Shown: piece by piece, positions 63,959 to 64,000 of the stretch
Position numbering within the stretch: the stretch's first letter is position 1
How the letters are laid out: the number at the start of each line of letters is the position of its first letter
IMG/VR virus record: IMGVR_UViG_3300042888_001115
Span: 11,067 to 75,066 of that record
From: a virus
Lineage: Duplodnaviria > Heunggongvirae > Uroviricota > Caudoviricetes
Direction: 5' to 3' (one strand)
DNA: 64,000 nt
The notes under the pieces: model-generated
What the model saw: only the letters and a program-made list of their open reading frames with translations
What the model was told of the DNA's origin: nothing
Databases searched by the model: none
Program-made: the position numbers and the translations under genes

Positions 63959-64000
63959 TTGTTTTGTTTTTGTTATTGTTATTTAATGTTTATATGTCTA

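Noticed and set aside
1-64000. Eukaryotic giant-virus (NCLDV) origin, suggested by the SET domain, histone-like protein, UvdE, prolyl-hydroxylase-like oxygenases, GIY-YIG/T5orf172 and large paralogous families
   Set aside because: Bacterial lipoprotein lipoboxes, a 3D (MltA-like) peptidoglycan domain, Bacteroidota-type -7 promoter elements, intrinsic terminators, overlapping stop/start gene packing and strictly unidirectional genes favour a bacteriophage.

Overview
The window is AT-rich (about 27-30% GC) with essentially every credible gene on the minus strand. Roughly 120 tightly packed ORFs are read right-to-left, and the plus-strand ORFs in the track are shadows of them. The content looks like a hyperplastic accessory region of a large virulent phage, probably a jumbo phage of a Bacteroidota-type host.

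**Why a Bacteroidota phage.** A TTTCGTATCTTTA-class motif, matching the Bacteroidota -7 consensus TAnnTTTG, recurs 5-50 nt upstream of start codons. Several lipoproteins carry lipoboxes, a 3D (MltA-like) cell-wall domain is present, and there are hairpin-plus-T-run terminators. No SD sequences appear to be used and the mRNAs look leaderless.

**Confident calls.**
- IscU Fe-S scaffold, very close to bacterial IscU.
- SDR sugar epimerase/dehydratase.
- SAM-dependent methyltransferase.
- Hsp20.
- HD phosphohydrolase.
- SET-domain methyltransferase.
- Lys/Ala-rich histone-H1-like protein.
- UV-damage endonuclease UvdE.
- T7-type ATP-dependent DNA ligase.
- GIY-YIG and T5orf172 nucleases.
- Calcineurin-like phosphoesterase.
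- HldE/RfaE-like heptose kinase.
- SPFH/band-7 protein.
- ImmA-like and SprT-like HExxH peptidases.
- Two SWIM zinc-finger proteins.
- FG-GAP lipoprotein.
- CobS-like AAA+ / CobT-like VWA pair.

**Most notable.**
1. About 18 copies of a small paralogous family whose first ~10 residues (MLTIKNI[DE]K[IL]) are conserved even at the nucleotide level while the rest diverges. I propose this as a capsid-targeting or ejection-signal arsenal.
2. Five SGNH-hydrolase paralogues plus sugar-modifying genes.
3. A tandem (sulfotransferase + 2OG-Fe(II) oxygenase)x2 module, next to a Zn-ribbon gene, a 25-aa ORF and a Cys-rich GC-rich protein tail.
4. The SET domain plus histone-like pair.
5. A DGQHR (DndB-like) protein beside SprT-like and CobS/CobT-like genes.
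6. A 120-nt promoter/leader module present three times, with a hairpin that sequesters an ATG.
7. A conserved 20-mer (TTGATAATCAATTAGTTAGG class) 50-150 nt upstream of the promoters.
8. Three G-rich islands.
9. A tRNA-like minihelix.
10. A 480-nt noncoding region.

Several ORF-track N-termini are artefacts that run back through promoter motifs, which shows up as a recurring RIFKY/RIFM peptide. Several ORFs under 60 aa missing from the track are proposed.
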